From assembly GCA_963719425.1 (NCBI GenBank), contig OY970382.1, positions 455,100-519,099 on the forward strand: a stretch of 64,000 nucleotides of DNA, given 5' to 3'. A program made the translations under genes and the position numbers. The notes beneath the pieces are model-generated. The model saw only the letters and a program-made list of their open reading frames with translations. It was not told where the DNA came from and did not search any database. Positions 16,491-26,182 of the stretch are shown piece after piece (the first letter of the stretch is position 1; each line of letters begins with the position of its first letter). The DNA is from an uncultured bacterium (lineage in GTDB: Bacteria > Patescibacteriota > Minisyncoccia > UBA6257 > 2-01-FULL-56-20).

Positions 16491-17207
16491 ATGAATGTGG
16501 CTCCCGTCAAAACCCGCATCTTTAAGGAAGGAGACGACCTCCTCGCTTTCATTAAAAAATATGTGAAAGCGCTCCCCGAGCGGTCGCTCCTTGTCGTCAC
16601 GTCAAAGATCGTCGCGCTCTCCGAACACCGGACGGCGGTCGCAAGAACGGAACGGGAAAAAGGACGGCTCATCAAAAAAGAAAGCGAATGGGCCATGCGC
16701 ACCAAATACGTTTGGCTCACTATCCGCGACCGAATGGTGATGGCGTCGGCGGGCATTGACGCCTCCAACGGCAACGGAAAGCTGGTTCTCTTACCAAAAG
16801 ACAGTTTTGCGGCCGCCGCGCGCATACGAAAGCAATTGCAAAAGCGCTACGGCGTGAAAAAGCTCGGCGTGATCGTGAGCGACAGCCGCGCCTTCCCGCT
16901 CCGCAGCGGCATTGTGGGCGTGGCACTGGGCTACGCCGGGTTCAAGGGCATAAAGAACTACTGCGGGAAGCCCGATCTCTTTGGCCGCAAGTTTCTATAT
17001 TCTAAGGTAGATATCGCCGACAGCCTCGCGACCGCCGCCGTCCTTACCATGGGCGAAGGCAATGAGCGCCAGCCGCTCGCCATCATCAAAGATCCGCCCG
17101 TGAAATTCACGGACCGCCTCTATCGCCACGAACTGGAAATAAACCTCGCCGACGACCTCTACCAGCCGTTCTTTGAGAACATCAAAACGTTGCGCCTGAA
17201 AAAATAA
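16491..17207 (+). CDS. CofE-like protein (F420-0:gamma-glutamyl ligase family)
   Basis: 'MVMASAGIDASNGNGKLVLLPKDSF...KLGVIVSDS' matches the CofE/'coenzyme F420 ligase' domain core. Confidence 0.55.
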   Translation: MNVAPVKTRIFKEGDDLLAFIKKYVKALPERSLLVVTSKIVALSEHRTAVARTEREKGRLIKKESEWAMRTKYVWLTIRDRMVMASAGIDASNGNGKLVLLPKDSFAAAARIRKQLQKRYGVKKLGVIVSDSRAFPLRSGIVGVALGYAGFKGIKNYCGKPDLFGRKFLYSKVDIADSLATAAVLTMGEGNERQPLAIIKDPPVKFTDRLYRHELEINLADDLYQPFFENIKTLRLKK

Positions 17208-17224
17208 ACGCTATAGTTAACACC

Positions 17225-17821
17225 ATGAACCTGAGGAAACGGGACATTGAATTCCTTTTTGAAATCGGATCGCTCCGGAATATGCATCGCGGATGGAAGC
17301 AACATCTTGGGCTTGACTGCGCAAGCATCCCCGAGCATACCTTCCGCGTGGCATTCCTTGCCCTCCTTATCGCGAGAAAAGAAAATTGCAAAAACGAGGA
17401 AAAGATAATCAAAATGGCGCTCGTCCACGATATTGCAGAAACCAGGATCTCGGATCTCAGCTATGTCCAAAAGGTCTACGTGAAAGCGGATGAACCCCAA
17501 GCAGCGAACGATCTCTTTGAGGGAACCGATTTCTCCGACCTTAACCAAAAAATTCTGGAAGAGTACGAACGCCGCGAAACCCTGGAGGCCAAAATCGTAA
17601 AGGACGCTGACAATCTGGACATTGACCTTGAACTCAAGGAATTAGAGGAACGGGGATCGCAGCTTCCCGCAAAGCTCGCGGAAACCCGCAAAAAAGTCCG
17701 GCGTGAGAAATTATACACCAACGCCGCGAAGGAGCTCTGGGATCTCATTCAGGCCGTAGACGTCGCGGCGTGGCACCTCAGGGCCAACAAGTGGCACAAG
17801 ATCCCCGACGCCGGCAAGTAA
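17225..17821 (+). CDS. HD-domain phosphohydrolase (YfbR/5'-nucleotidase-like)
   Basis: H..HD..E pattern: 'EHTFRVAFLALLIA', 'LVHDIAETRISDL'. Confidence 0.7.
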   Translation: MNLRKRDIEFLFEIGSLRNMHRGWKQHLGLDCASIPEHTFRVAFLALLIARKENCKNEEKIIKMALVHDIAETRISDLSYVQKVYVKADEPQAANDLFEGTDFSDLNQKILEEYERRETLEAKIVKDADNLDIDLELKELEERGSQLPAKLAETRKKVRREKLYTNAAKELWDLIQAVDVAAWHLRANKWHKIPDAGK

Positions 17822-17825
17822 ATCC

Positions 17826-18275
17826 CTATCCCCGCCCGCCGTATTTCTTAAACCACTCTTGGTAGTGGTTGAGTGCGTATACGACGCCAGGATGAAGCGG
17901 CTGCGGGAAAGCATCCAAACGAAACCATCCAATTTCGTCTATTTTTTTCGGCTCGTTGTTTTTCGCTTCGCGCGGGTCAACTTCAATAAAAAACGGGATG
18001 GCAAGCCAGTGCGTCTTTTTCCCGTTCCATTCCCGGATGATAGAATACGGTTTCATCATTTCCTGAATTTTTCCGCGGCAACCGTATTCTTCCAAAATTT
18101 CCTTGAGAACGTTTTCTTCGGGCGAAACGCCGAACTCAAGCTTACCGCCTCCCGTATCCCACATCCCATGGTCATCCCTTGTGTTCTTGCTCCGCTTGTG
18201 AAGCAAAAAATTCCCCTTCCCGTCGTTGCAATAGAAAGGAGTGGAGATGCCAGTATAATCAACGCCTATTTCCAT
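17826..18275 (-). CDS. NUDIX-family hydrolase
   Basis: 'GGGKLEFGVSPEENVLKEILEEYG' approximates the Nudix box. Confidence 0.6.
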   Translation of the reverse strand: MEIGVDYTGISTPFYCNDGKGNFLLHKRSKNTRDDHGMWDTGGGKLEFGVSPEENVLKEILEEYGCRGKIQEMMKPYSIIREWNGKKTHWLAIPFFIEVDPREAKNNEPKKIDEIGWFRLDAFPQPLHPGVVYALNHYQEWFKKYGGRG

Positions 18276-18307
18276 ACGCTTTCAAAGACTATACCATATG
18301 TCTTTCC

Positions 18308-18574
18308 TCAATACGCATCTCTCCGATGCTCAACCGCCAGTATGAAAATGGTGCCATCGATTACATCAAAAAGAACGCGGTAATCCCCGATCCGAAAACG
18401 GTAATGTCCCAAGCGACAATCGCGCAATGGCTTGGCGAACCGCAATGGTTCCACCGCCCGAGCATAGAATTCAATTTTGCGCACGATTCTTTTCTGGACA
18501 AGCGCAGGAAGCTTCCTCAAGTCCTTTTCGGCACTTGCCTTTATGCGTACAATCATGCCGCATTCAAAGGCCAA
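18308..18574 (-). CDS. Type II toxin, ParE/RelE family
   Basis: '...LGHYRFRIGDYRVLFDVIDGTIFILAVEHRRDAY' is the ParE/RelE C-terminal signature; 88 aa; overlaps the upstream antitoxin. Confidence 0.7.
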   Translation of the reverse strand: MAFECGMIVRIKASAEKDLRKLPALVQKRIVRKIEFYARAVEPLRFAKPLRDCRLGHYRFRIGDYRVLFDVIDGTIFILAVEHRRDAY

Positions 18575-18788
18575 GACGCTTTTTTACTTCCTTAAGCGAG
18601 TAGGATTTTTTTCCCGCGCGGGCTTTCTTTATCTTCGCGATAAGGCGCGGCGATTGCCCCATAGCTACTTCTTCAAAATAATTTTCAATATCCTCCCACG
18701 TTGCGAAAGGAAGAACGGCCATCTTCTTTCCATTGATGTTTCTCGCGCGAACCCCCTCCGTCCGTTTTAACAATATTGCCGCAGTCAT
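18564..18788 (-). CDS. Type II antitoxin, Phd/YefM-like
   Basis: 'ILLKRTEGVRARNINGKKMAVLPFATWEDIE' resembles the Phd/YefM fold; 11-nt overlap with the toxin start; internal Met start chosen. Confidence 0.55.
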   Translation of the reverse strand: MTAAILLKRTEGVRARNINGKKMAVLPFATWEDIENYFEEVAMGQSPRLIAKIKKARAGKKSYSLKEVKKRLGL

Positions 18789-18973
18789 TTTTTTATTTTT
18801 CTTTTTCCAAATCATAGCAATAAGAAAAGAAAACGCAAGTTTTCTTTAATACTTTTTTAATCCCGTCCAGTCATCGCGCCTTCCTATTTTACAGGAAGAA
18901 TAACTCTAAGGAAAGAATACGCTCCGCACGGGCCTTACCTCGAACGAGGCTAGCCGCTCTCCGCAGGACACAT

Positions 18974-19399
18974 CTATTCATAAACATCCCAAAAAAGAAA
19001 GTCTTTGCTGGACAGATGGGTCTTTTTTCTCAAAAGATCTTTTCTCATTGCTATGATTATTTCTCCGAGAATTTCCCTTCCTTTTTCATCAGTCGCCCCC
19101 GTCTGTGCATTCGATTTCCCTTTAGCACGAGCAAATTCGATCATTCGGCGTACAGCATCGAAGACTTCATCCGAACAATACAACCAAGACGTTTCCCATT
19201 CCTGAAAAAATTGCTTTTTTAATTCACCACTAGCACCAGTGCCGACAAACCCCCGTAAATACTTTATTAAATTGTTATATTTTTCAACTTTGAATTTAAT
19301 CTCCGTTTCTGTTCGAAGCTGGCGAATGCCAAACCAATAGGTTAGCCCCGAACCTATCAAAGCACTAAATATTATGGGGAGTAAGTTACCCACTATCAT
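18974..19399 (-). CDS. Hypothetical protein with an N-terminal TM helix
   Basis: MIVGNLLPIIFSALIGSGLTYWFGI...; no recognisable domain. Confidence 0.4.
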   Translation of the reverse strand: MIVGNLLPIIFSALIGSGLTYWFGIRQLRTETEIKFKVEKYNNLIKYLRGFVGTGASGELKKQFFQEWETSWLYCSDEVFDAVRRMIEFARAKGKSNAQTGATDEKGREILGEIIIAMRKDLLRKKTHLSSKDFLFWDVYE

Positions 19400-19670
19400 T
19401 AAATAATTATACCCCTTTCGAATATAAATTTTTCTTTGATATTTTGTGCCAGTACGATAAGTTCACAACGGAAGATCTGCGAGTGAATACGAGAGAAAAG
19501 AGCGCCCCTTTCGCCTTTGAGGAACCTAGCGGAGGCGAGGAAAAAGCGCTCTCCGAGTGAGCAGAAAATTTGACGGGACCCCCGTGCTCGTCGCGGAGGG
19601 TGGCAAATTTTCGTCAGCGAACGAGGAGAGCGCCCGAGCCGAAGCGGGTTCCGAAAAAGCGGAAAGGGCG

Positions 19671-20942
19671 CTATTCTATCCCCTCGTATTCCCTCACCGT
19701 CAGCTGCGAGTCCACCTGCCGCATCGTCTCAAGCGCAACAGCTACCACGATCAGGATCGCTGTACCGCTGATCGTGAGAACCGCCACGCCCGTGACCGCC
19801 TGAACAATGATCGGACAGATCGCCACAATGCCGAGAAAGATCGCACCCCAAAACGTGATACGGTTTACGATGCTGCCGAAAAATTTCTCCGTACTCTCGC
19901 CCGGACGGATGCCCGGCACGAATCCTCCGCTCCGCTGCAAATTTTTCGCCACCTCTTCCGGATTAAACGTGATGGATGTATAGAAATACGTAAATGCGAA
20001 CACCAGCAAAAAATAAAATATGCCGTACCAAAGCTGGTTCCCGACAAACGCCGTCGCGAACGCGTTGATCTTCAATCCCCAAGAAGTGGAAAAGATGGAA
20101 ACGATCCATGCGGCGAATTGCGGGAAAAGCAAAACTGAGATCGCAAAAATCAAAGGTATCATCCCCGCCTGGTTCACTTTCAAGGGCAAGTAGCTCTGTG
20201 CGCCGCCATACATCTTGTTCCCGCGTACGCGCCGCGCATAGGCCACCGGGATCTTCCGTTCGCCCTCGTTCAAATACACGATGCCGCCGATGAGGAGCAC
20301 CGCGACCACCGCAAATCCAAGATAGGTGGTTAAAAGCGACGGCGTATAGGATACCAGAGCCGTTCCTACAAACGAAGGAATGCGGGCGAGAATGCCCGCC
20401 AAAATGATGAGCGAAATTCCGTTGCCCACTTTCTGCTCGGTGATGAGCTCGCCGAGCCAGAGCGCAACCATGGAACCGCATGCAACCACCATGATGTTCG
20501 TCATAAAGGCGAACGGCGCCGGACGGTCAATGACCCCCTGTGAGATGAGCAATGTCAAAAATCCGTACGCGTTCACGATGGCCAATGGCACGGTGAGGAG
20601 CCGCGAGTACTGGTTGAACTTTGCCTGCCCGCGCGCTCCTTCTTCGTAATACATCTCTTTGAAACTCGGAAAGACGATGGTCAAAAGCTGCATGATGATC
20701 GTTGCCGTGATGTAGGGACCAACGCCCAACATCATGATGGAAAGATTTGCGAGTCCTCCGCCGGAGAAGAAATTCAGAAACCCGAAGAGTTGGTTAGAAT
20801 TGAAATAGTTCGCGAGCCGCGCCGCGTCCACACCCGGGATCGGAATCGCCGCGAAGACGCGATAGGCAACGAGCAAGCCTGCGACAATTAAAACCTTGTT
20901 GCGAAGATCCGTAATCTTGAATATTTGCAAAAATCTGTTCAT
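19671..20942 (-). CDS. secY: Preprotein translocase subunit SecY
   Basis: 10-TM protein with conserved SecY blocks (GIMPYITASIIMQLL; LNQAGMIPLIFA); follows rplO. Confidence 0.9.
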   Translation of the reverse strand: MNRFLQIFKITDLRNKVLIVAGLLVAYRVFAAIPIPGVDAARLANYFNSNQLFGFLNFFSGGGLANLSIMMLGVGPYITATIIMQLLTIVFPSFKEMYYEEGARGQAKFNQYSRLLTVPLAIVNAYGFLTLLISQGVIDRPAPFAFMTNIMVVACGSMVALWLGELITEQKVGNGISLIILAGILARIPSFVGTALVSYTPSLLTTYLGFAVVAVLLIGGIVYLNEGERKIPVAYARRVRGNKMYGGAQSYLPLKVNQAGMIPLIFAISVLLFPQFAAWIVSIFSTSWGLKINAFATAFVGNQLWYGIFYFLLVFAFTYFYTSITFNPEEVAKNLQRSGGFVPGIRPGESTEKFFGSIVNRITFWGAIFLGIVAICPIIVQAVTGVAVLTISGTAILIVVAVALETMRQVDSQLTVREYEGIE

Positions 20943-21406
20943 GATGCGTCGCTCTCGGGTTTATCAAGTTCGTGCGTACTGCCTCCCGCCTTCTCAATTT
21001 TCTTCTTGGCACCCTCCGATACGCGCATGCCCGTGACGCGCAAGGGAAGCGTTACTTCCCCTCCGGCGAGCAACTTCACTTCGCCGGAAAAATTTTTCTT
21101 CAAAAGTCCGGCCGCAACGAGGAGTGCCCGATCGAGCGTGAGGGGCGCGCTCCCCTGCACAAACGATTTGAGCGCGCGCGAAAGGTCTCCCACGCTGAAG
21201 ATCGCAGGATTTCTCGCCATTGGTATGTTCCTGAACCCGCGCCGCTTCGGGATGCGCAGAATGATGTCCCGCTCTGCGGGCCGCATCCGCCGCCCGGCGC
21301 GGGATTTTTGGCCCTTCACGCCGCGCCCGGAATAGCTGCCGCGCTTGCCGCTGCGGCCGATCCGCTGCTTCCTCTTTTTAATTGATTTCAATTCGTGAAG
21401 CTGCAT
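20939..21406 (-). CDS. rplO: 50S ribosomal protein L15
   Basis: 'MQLHELKSIKKRKQRIGRSGKRGSYSGRGVKGQKSRAG'; directly follows rpsE with no rpmD (L30) between. Confidence 0.85.
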   Translation of the reverse strand: MQLHELKSIKKRKQRIGRSGKRGSYSGRGVKGQKSRAGRRMRPAERDIILRIPKRRGFRNIPMARNPAIFSVGDLSRALKSFVQGSAPLTLDRALLVAAGLLKKNFSGEVKLLAGGEVTLPLRVTGMRVSEGAKKKIEKAGGSTHELDKPESDAS

Positions 21407-21419
21407 GGAGGCGTAGAAA

Positions 21420-21905
21420 TTATGCTTTCAACATCTTAAGCGCTTCAATGGTCGCCATCGCGTTCGTGAGCTTGTTCGGCGTGCGCCCGAGGCATTTCGC
21501 CGTCGCATCTTTGACACCCGCGAATGAGAGCACAAAACGGACGGCGCCGCCCGCGCGAAGGCCGTGTCCCATGCTCCCCGGCTTCAAAAGCACTTTCGCC
21601 GCACTGTACTTCGCGATCACTTCATGCGCGATCGTGCGATTGTCTTTCAGATTCACCGCGATTATATTCTTTTTTGCTTCGGTCTTTGCCTTCGCGACCG
21701 CTTGCTGAACGTCCACTCCTTTCGCGATGCCGATACCCACGCGCCCCTTCTCGTCGCCCAGGACGAGCGTGCAGCGGAAACGGAAGCGCTTGCCACCCGC
21801 AACGACACGCGTCACGCGCCGCATGTCAAGCACGCGCTCTTTGAATTCTTCTCTCCTCGCCGGCATCATTCTCCGATCGTGCCTTGGTTTTTGGGGCAAT
21901 GGCAT
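21420..21905 (-). CDS. rpsE: 30S ribosomal protein S5
   Basis: 'RVTRVVAGGKRFRFRCTLVLGDEKGRVGIG'. Confidence 0.85.
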   Translation of the reverse strand: MPLPQKPRHDRRMMPARREEFKERVLDMRRVTRVVAGGKRFRFRCTLVLGDEKGRVGIGIAKGVDVQQAVAKAKTEAKKNIIAVNLKDNRTIAHEVIAKYSAAKVLLKPGSMGHGLRAGGAVRFVLSFAGVKDATAKCLGRTPNKLTNAMATIEALKMLKA

Positions 21906-21919
21906 GGAATTATTATAGC

Positions 21920-22282
21920 CTATAGGGTAAGACCGCCCTTTTTTGCCCCTTCGGCGAACTGTTTCACTCGGCCGTGGAACTTCGCCTCGCGCCGGTCAAA
22001 CACGGCGCGCGCGATCCCTTTCTCCAGCGCTTTCTTTGCAAAGGCTTCTCCTGCGGCGAACGCTTGTACACTTTTGGTTTTCTTTCCTGCCGCGTTGCTT
22101 TTGCCAAAACTTGAGACGGCCACAAGCGTTTTACCCTTCGCGTCGTCAATCAATTGGGCGTACACGTAACGGTTGCTCCGGTTTACCACGAGCCGTGGTA
22201 CGGAAGCGGTGCCAAAAATCTTTGCGCGCACGCGCGCCACGCGGCGTATCCTTTTCTGATTAAGTTTTTTACGCTGTTTCAT
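21920..22282 (-). CDS. rplR: 50S ribosomal protein L18
   Basis: 'RRVARVRAKIFGTASVPRLVVNRSNRYVYAQLIDDAKGKTLVAVSS'. Confidence 0.85.
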   Translation of the reverse strand: MKQRKKLNQKRIRRVARVRAKIFGTASVPRLVVNRSNRYVYAQLIDDAKGKTLVAVSSFGKSNAAGKKTKSVQAFAAGEAFAKKALEKGIARAVFDRREAKFHGRVKQFAEGAKKGGLTL

Positions 22283-22323
22283 ATTGCTAGGTTTTCCAAT
22301 TCCCGGGTTTACTAGTTACGAAA

Positions 22324-22842
22324 CTACGCTACTGCTCCGGTTGTCGCGGCCTTTTTCCCCACTTTCCTGCGAATGACCTCTCCCTGATAATGAATGCCCT
22401 TACCTTTATATGGCTCCGGTTTTTTCAATGCGCGAATCGCAGCCGCCGCACGTCCCACGCGATCTTTGCTGATACCGGATATTTTGATAACGTTTTTCTC
22501 AATAGCAATGGCAATTCCCTCGGGAACTTTCATGCGCACCGGTTTTGCATAGCCGAGGTGTAACACCAATTCATTTCCTTCCAAAACCGCGCGGTAGCCG
22601 ACGCCTTCTATCTCCAACGATTTTACGAACCCTTCCGTCACGCCTTGTATTGCATTCCGCGCAAGGGCCCATTCTGTCCCGGAGGATACCCAGAGATTCT
22701 CTTCCATAACCTTCGCCGTGCTCTGCGGCGGAAGCTTTATCTTTTCTTCCCCTTTTGGCCCTTTAATCACAAGGAAACCATCCGTTGCGGTGGCAGTCAC
22801 CCCTTTCGGTATCGTTATTGGTTTTTTTACGAGCCGGCTCAT
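22324..22842 (-). CDS. rplF: 50S ribosomal protein L6
   Basis: 'MSRLVKKPITIPKGVTATATDGFLVIKGPKGE...'; two-domain L6 pattern. Confidence 0.85.
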   Translation of the reverse strand: MSRLVKKPITIPKGVTATATDGFLVIKGPKGEEKIKLPPQSTAKVMEENLWVSSGTEWALARNAIQGVTEGFVKSLEIEGVGYRAVLEGNELVLHLGYAKPVRMKVPEGIAIAIEKNVIKISGISKDRVGRAAAAIRALKKPEPYKGKGIHYQGEVIRRKVGKKAATTGAVA

Positions 22843-22846
22843 GGTA

Positions 22847-23227
22847 TTACCAAATTTTGAACAAATATTCGCCCCCGATTTTTTGCTTCTTCGCTTCCCG
22901 GTCAGTCATAATTCCCTTTGAGGTTGAAAGAATGCCTAAGCCGTGTCCCTGCATGACCGTCCGCAGGCTGCGGTAGTCCGCATACCGATGGCGGCTGGGC
23001 TTGCTCACAAGCGTAAACCCGCTCGTCGCGTCCTGTTTCAGAGGCGGGGCGAGGCGGATCGCAATCACGCTCTTCCCTCCCGCCATTTCCTTTTCAGCGC
23101 TTTTCACGTATCCCGCATCGGCAAGCACCTTCAAGATCGCGAAGTCCATTTTTGAGAACGGCACGGATATCTTCCCCTTCCGGGCCCGCACCGCATTTTT
23201 GATTTTTGGGAGAAGTTCGTAATACAT
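22847..23227 (-). CDS. rpsH: 30S ribosomal protein S8
   Basis: 'ILSTSKGIMTDREAKKQKIGGEYLFKIW' C-terminus. Confidence 0.85.
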   Translation of the reverse strand: MYYELLPKIKNAVRARKGKISVPFSKMDFAILKVLADAGYVKSAEKEMAGGKSVIAIRLAPPLKQDATSGFTLVSKPSRHRYADYRSLRTVMQGHGLGILSTSKGIMTDREAKKQKIGGEYLFKIW

Positions 23228-23232
23228 AGCGG

Positions 23233-23418
23233 TTACCAGCTTGCTTTCTTTATGCCGGGAATCTCTTGGTTCGTCGCCATCTCACGAAAACAGATCCTAC
23301 AGAGGCCGAAATCGCGCATGTATCCCCGCTTGCGACCGCAACGGAAGCAGCGCCGCACGATGCGGGTCGTATATTTCGGGCGCTTTTTGCTGCGCGCAAT
23401 GACAGATTCTTTTGCCAT
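23233..23418 (-). CDS. rpsZ: 30S ribosomal protein S14, Zn-ribbon (type Z, 61 aa)
   Basis: '[61 protein letters not shown]'; CxxC...CxxC. Confidence 0.85.
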   Translation of the reverse strand: MAKESVIARSKKRPKYTTRIVRRCFRCGRKRGYMRDFGLCRICFREMATNQEIPGIKKASW

Positions 23419-23419
23419 G

Positions 23420-23911
23420 TTATTTCTTCTTGAACGGAAGGCCTTGCGCGCGGAACGCCGCGATGGCCGCCGCTCGGTCTCTTTTGCGCGGCACGATGGC
23501 AATCCCCAGCGAAAACGAAACAGGTGACTGCTCGGGCGCTACTTCGGGAAAGACAAAATGCTCTCGTATGCCAAGATTCAAAACGCCACCTTCGTCAACG
23601 TTTTTAAGATCCAAACCATTGAAGTCTCTCACGCGAGGCAATACTATAGTAATCAATCGCTCAAAAAAATCAACCATTTTATCGCGACGGAGCGTGACAC
23701 GGAGCCCCACGATCTGTCCCTCGCGCACCTTGAACCCCGCGATGGATTTCTTCGCGCGGCGCACCTCGGGTTTCTGTCCCGTCACGAGTCCAAGGTCGCG
23801 CATAACCTGAACAAGCGCTTTCTCTTCAAAGCCAGGCGTCTGGCTCAAGCGGCCAACCCCCGCATCAACTACGATCTTCTCCAAAAATTTTCTTGCTTCA
23901 TTTCTCACCAT
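23420..23911 (-). CDS. rplE: 50S ribosomal protein L5
   Basis: '[13 protein letters not shown]...[26 protein letters not shown]'. Confidence 0.85.
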   Translation of the reverse strand: MVRNEARKFLEKIVVDAGVGRLSQTPGFEEKALVQVMRDLGLVTGQKPEVRRAKKSIAGFKVREGQIVGLRVTLRRDKMVDFFERLITIVLPRVRDFNGLDLKNVDEGGVLNLGIREHFVFPEVAPEQSPVSFSLGIAIVPRKRDRAAAIAAFRAQGLPFKKK

Positions 23912-23919
23912 GATACGTA

Positions 23920-24246
23920 TTAGGTAATTGCTTTACATTTCTTACAGTAACGGGTCTTTCGCGGACCATCCGTGCGGAAGCCTACGCGCGTCGGATTCTT
24001 GCAATTCACGCACACGAGCATCACTTTGGACGCGGGCATCGGCCGCGGGACGTTCACCACCTCGCCTTTCTGCCCCTGCTTCTTCGGCCGCGCGCGCTTT
24101 TTGAACACATTCAATCCGTCAATGATGATGCGTGCTTCGTCGGGGTACGCATGCAAAACCGTCCCGGTCTTCCCGCGATCTTTCCCCGACAGAATTTTTA
24201 CATTGTCTCCTTTCTTAATATTCATGGTTTCGGTTTCTAGGCTCAC
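23920..24246 (-). CDS. rplX: 50S ribosomal protein L24
   Basis: 'IKKGDNVKILSGKDRGKTGTV' KOW motif. Confidence 0.85.
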   Translation of the reverse strand: MSLETETMNIKKGDNVKILSGKDRGKTGTVLHAYPDEARIIIDGLNVFKKRARPKKQGQKGEVVNVPRPMPASKVMLVCVNCKNPTRVGFRTDGPRKTRYCKKCKAIT

Positions 24247-24261
24247 CAGTTATCGGGTTCA

Positions 24262-24630
24262 CTATACTATTTCTTCGGCCATGGTCATCAATTTCTCGTA
24301 TCCGCTTTCCTTGAGCTCGTGCGGCAAGGGGCCGAAGATGCGCGTCGCAATCGGCTCTTTTTTCGCGTCAATGAGCACCACCGCGTTCTCGTCAAAACGC
24401 ACATACGAACCGTCGGGGCGGCGCATCGCGTTCTTCGTACGGACGACGAGCACCTTCACCACATCTTTTTTCTTTACGGTCTTCCGCGGCTCCGCCGCCT
24501 GCACGGATGCGACGATGACGTCACCCACGCCCGCGTAGCGGTGCCTGGTGCCGCTCAAGATGCGGAAACACCGCACGGTCTTCGCGCCGCTGTTATCCGC
24601 CACTTTTAAAATGGAGCGTTCCTGAATCAT
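24262..24630 (-). CDS. rplN: 50S ribosomal protein L14
   Basis: '[27 protein letters not shown]'. Confidence 0.85.
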   Translation of the reverse strand: MIQERSILKVADNSGAKTVRCFRILSGTRHRYAGVGDVIVASVQAAEPRKTVKKKDVVKVLVVRTKNAMRRPDGSYVRFDENAVVLIDAKKEPIATRIFGPLPHELKESGYEKLMTMAEEIV

Positions 24631-24893
24631 GGTTTTTGCGAAATCCTTCCGATAATCTTCCACCGCTTTCCCCGCGACAGCGGGCGCGTTTCTTCCATTA
24701 CCACGGCATCACCCTTCTTATATTCGTTCTTTTCGTCGTGCGCTTTGAACTTCGTCGTCACCCGATAATATTTCAAATACTTGGGGTGTTTTTTGAGACG
24801 ATGGACGGCAACCACGCGCGTTTTCTGCATCTTGTCGGAAACGACGACCCCGGTTATTCTCCGCTTTTTATTTTCCCTGTGTTGCTCGCTCAT
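24627..24893 (-). CDS. rpsQ: 30S ribosomal protein S17
   Basis: '[18 protein letters not shown]...[22 protein letters not shown]'. Confidence 0.85.
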   Translation of the reverse strand: MSEQHRENKKRRITGVVVSDKMQKTRVVAVHRLKKHPKYLKYYRVTTKFKAHDEKNEYKKGDAVVMEETRPLSRGKRWKIIGRISQKP

Positions 24894-25074
24894 GGATGAA
24901 GGTTTTTATCCTCGCCACTTTTTTCTTGAGCTCGTTGATCCCGCTTATATCTTTCACTTTTCCCGCCGCAAGATCAAACCGAAGCTTCCGCAGGGTTTCC
25001 TGCGCTTCTTTCATCACGTGCTCAAGTTCCGCGGTCGGACGGTGCTTTAATTCCTGGATATCTTTTTTCTTCAT
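24868..25074 (-). CDS. rpmC: 50S ribosomal protein L29
   Basis: '[39 protein letters not shown]'. Confidence 0.8.
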   Translation of the reverse strand: MKKKDIQELKHRPTAELEHVMKEAQETLRKLRFDLAAGKVKDISGINELKKKVARIKTFIHERATQGK

Positions 25075-25089
25075 GGGTATTACGCGTGA

Positions 25090-25501
25090 TTATTTTGTGA
25101 TGATCTTGCTTTTCACTGGAAGCTTGAAAGAAGCCAAGCGGAGCGCTTCCTTCGCGGTCGCTTCGGGAACGCCGTCAATCTCAAAAAGGACACGCCCGGG
25201 ACGGACCGGAAACACATAGTGGTCCACGCTTCCCTTGCCGCCACCCATCGTGGTCTCGGGCGGCCGGAGCGTGACCGGCTTATCGGGAAACACGCGGATC
25301 CAGAGGCGCCCGCTCCGCTTCAAAAAATTCGTGATGGTCTTCCGCGCGGCCTCAATCTGCCGCGAGGTGAGCCATGCCGCCTCAAGCGCCTTGATGCCAT
25401 ACTGCGCCATACGCAAGCGCAAGGCCGCGCGTTTCAACCTGGCGTTTCCGCGAGCGTCCTTTCTGCCACTTCCTATGTTTTACTTTTTTCGGGATCAGCA
25501 T
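25090..25501 (-). CDS. rplP: 50S ribosomal protein L16, interrupted by an apparent +1 frameshift near codon 18
   Basis: One frame gives [17 protein letters not shown]... Another frame, 1 nt on, gives [39 protein letters not shown]... to the stop. Span is 412 nt (3n+1). Joined product [17 protein letters not shown]|GNARLKRA... matches the canonical L16 N-terminus. Confidence 0.75.
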
Positions 25502-25508
25502 GGTTTAT

Positions 25509-26180
25509 TTATTCGTTCCTTTCTCCTTTATCAAAAATCTCTCCTTTATAGATCCATACCTTGATGCCGATCGTGCCGTAGGTCGTGAACGCGGTCGCCG
25601 TCCCGTAATCAATGTCGGCGCGGAGGGTCTGGAGCGGAAGCGATCCACGCACGAGCCGCTCACGGCGCGCGATCTCGTTCCCATCCAGCCGCCCGGAGAG
25701 AAAAACTTTCGCTCCTTTCACTTCTTTGTTCTGCATCACCTGCTCAATATACTTCTTCATAGTGCGGCGGAAAGGCATGCGCTTTTCCAAATCCCACGCG
25801 ATTTGTTGCGCCACGTACTGCGCCGCGATCTCCGACCGCTTCAATTCCTCCACGTTCACGCTCATAGCGATCGGCGCCTTGTTCTCGCGCACCTTGCGCA
25901 CCGCATCCGCGATCGCCTTGTTCAGTTCTTCCACACCTTTCCCGCCGCGGCCGATGACGAGCCCCGGCCGTGCCGCCTTGATGAAAATGCGCAGGTTGCC
26001 TTGCGTGCGTTCAATTTCCACCGCGGAAATTCCCGCGAGGCCGATTTTTTTTTTGATCACTTTGCGGATCGCCTCGTCCTCTTCAAGATACTTCGCGTAG
26101 CCACCCTTAATGAACCAGCGCACCGGCCAGTTCTTCGTAATTCCCAAGCGATATGAAAGTGGATTAATTTTCTGTCCCAT
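25509..26180 (-). CDS. rpsC: 30S ribosomal protein S3
   Basis: KH domain plus C-terminal domain ('MGQKINPLSYRLGITKNW...GIKVWIYKGE'). Confidence 0.9.
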   Translation of the reverse strand: MGQKINPLSYRLGITKNWPVRWFIKGGYAKYLEEDEAIRKVIKKKIGLAGISAVEIERTQGNLRIFIKAARPGLVIGRGGKGVEELNKAIADAVRKVRENKAPIAMSVNVEELKRSEIAAQYVAQQIAWDLEKRMPFRRTMKKYIEQVMQNKEVKGAKVFLSGRLDGNEIARRERLVRGSLPLQTLRADIDYGTATAFTTYGTIGIKVWIYKGEIFDKGERNE

Positions 26181-26182
26181 GA

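Noticed and set aside
19557-20942. Several + strand ORFs (for example 19557..20138, 19963..20481 on the minus strand) overlapping secY
   Set aside because: Alternative-frame or antisense artefacts of the GC-rich secY gene; Arg/Ala-rich low-complexity translations.
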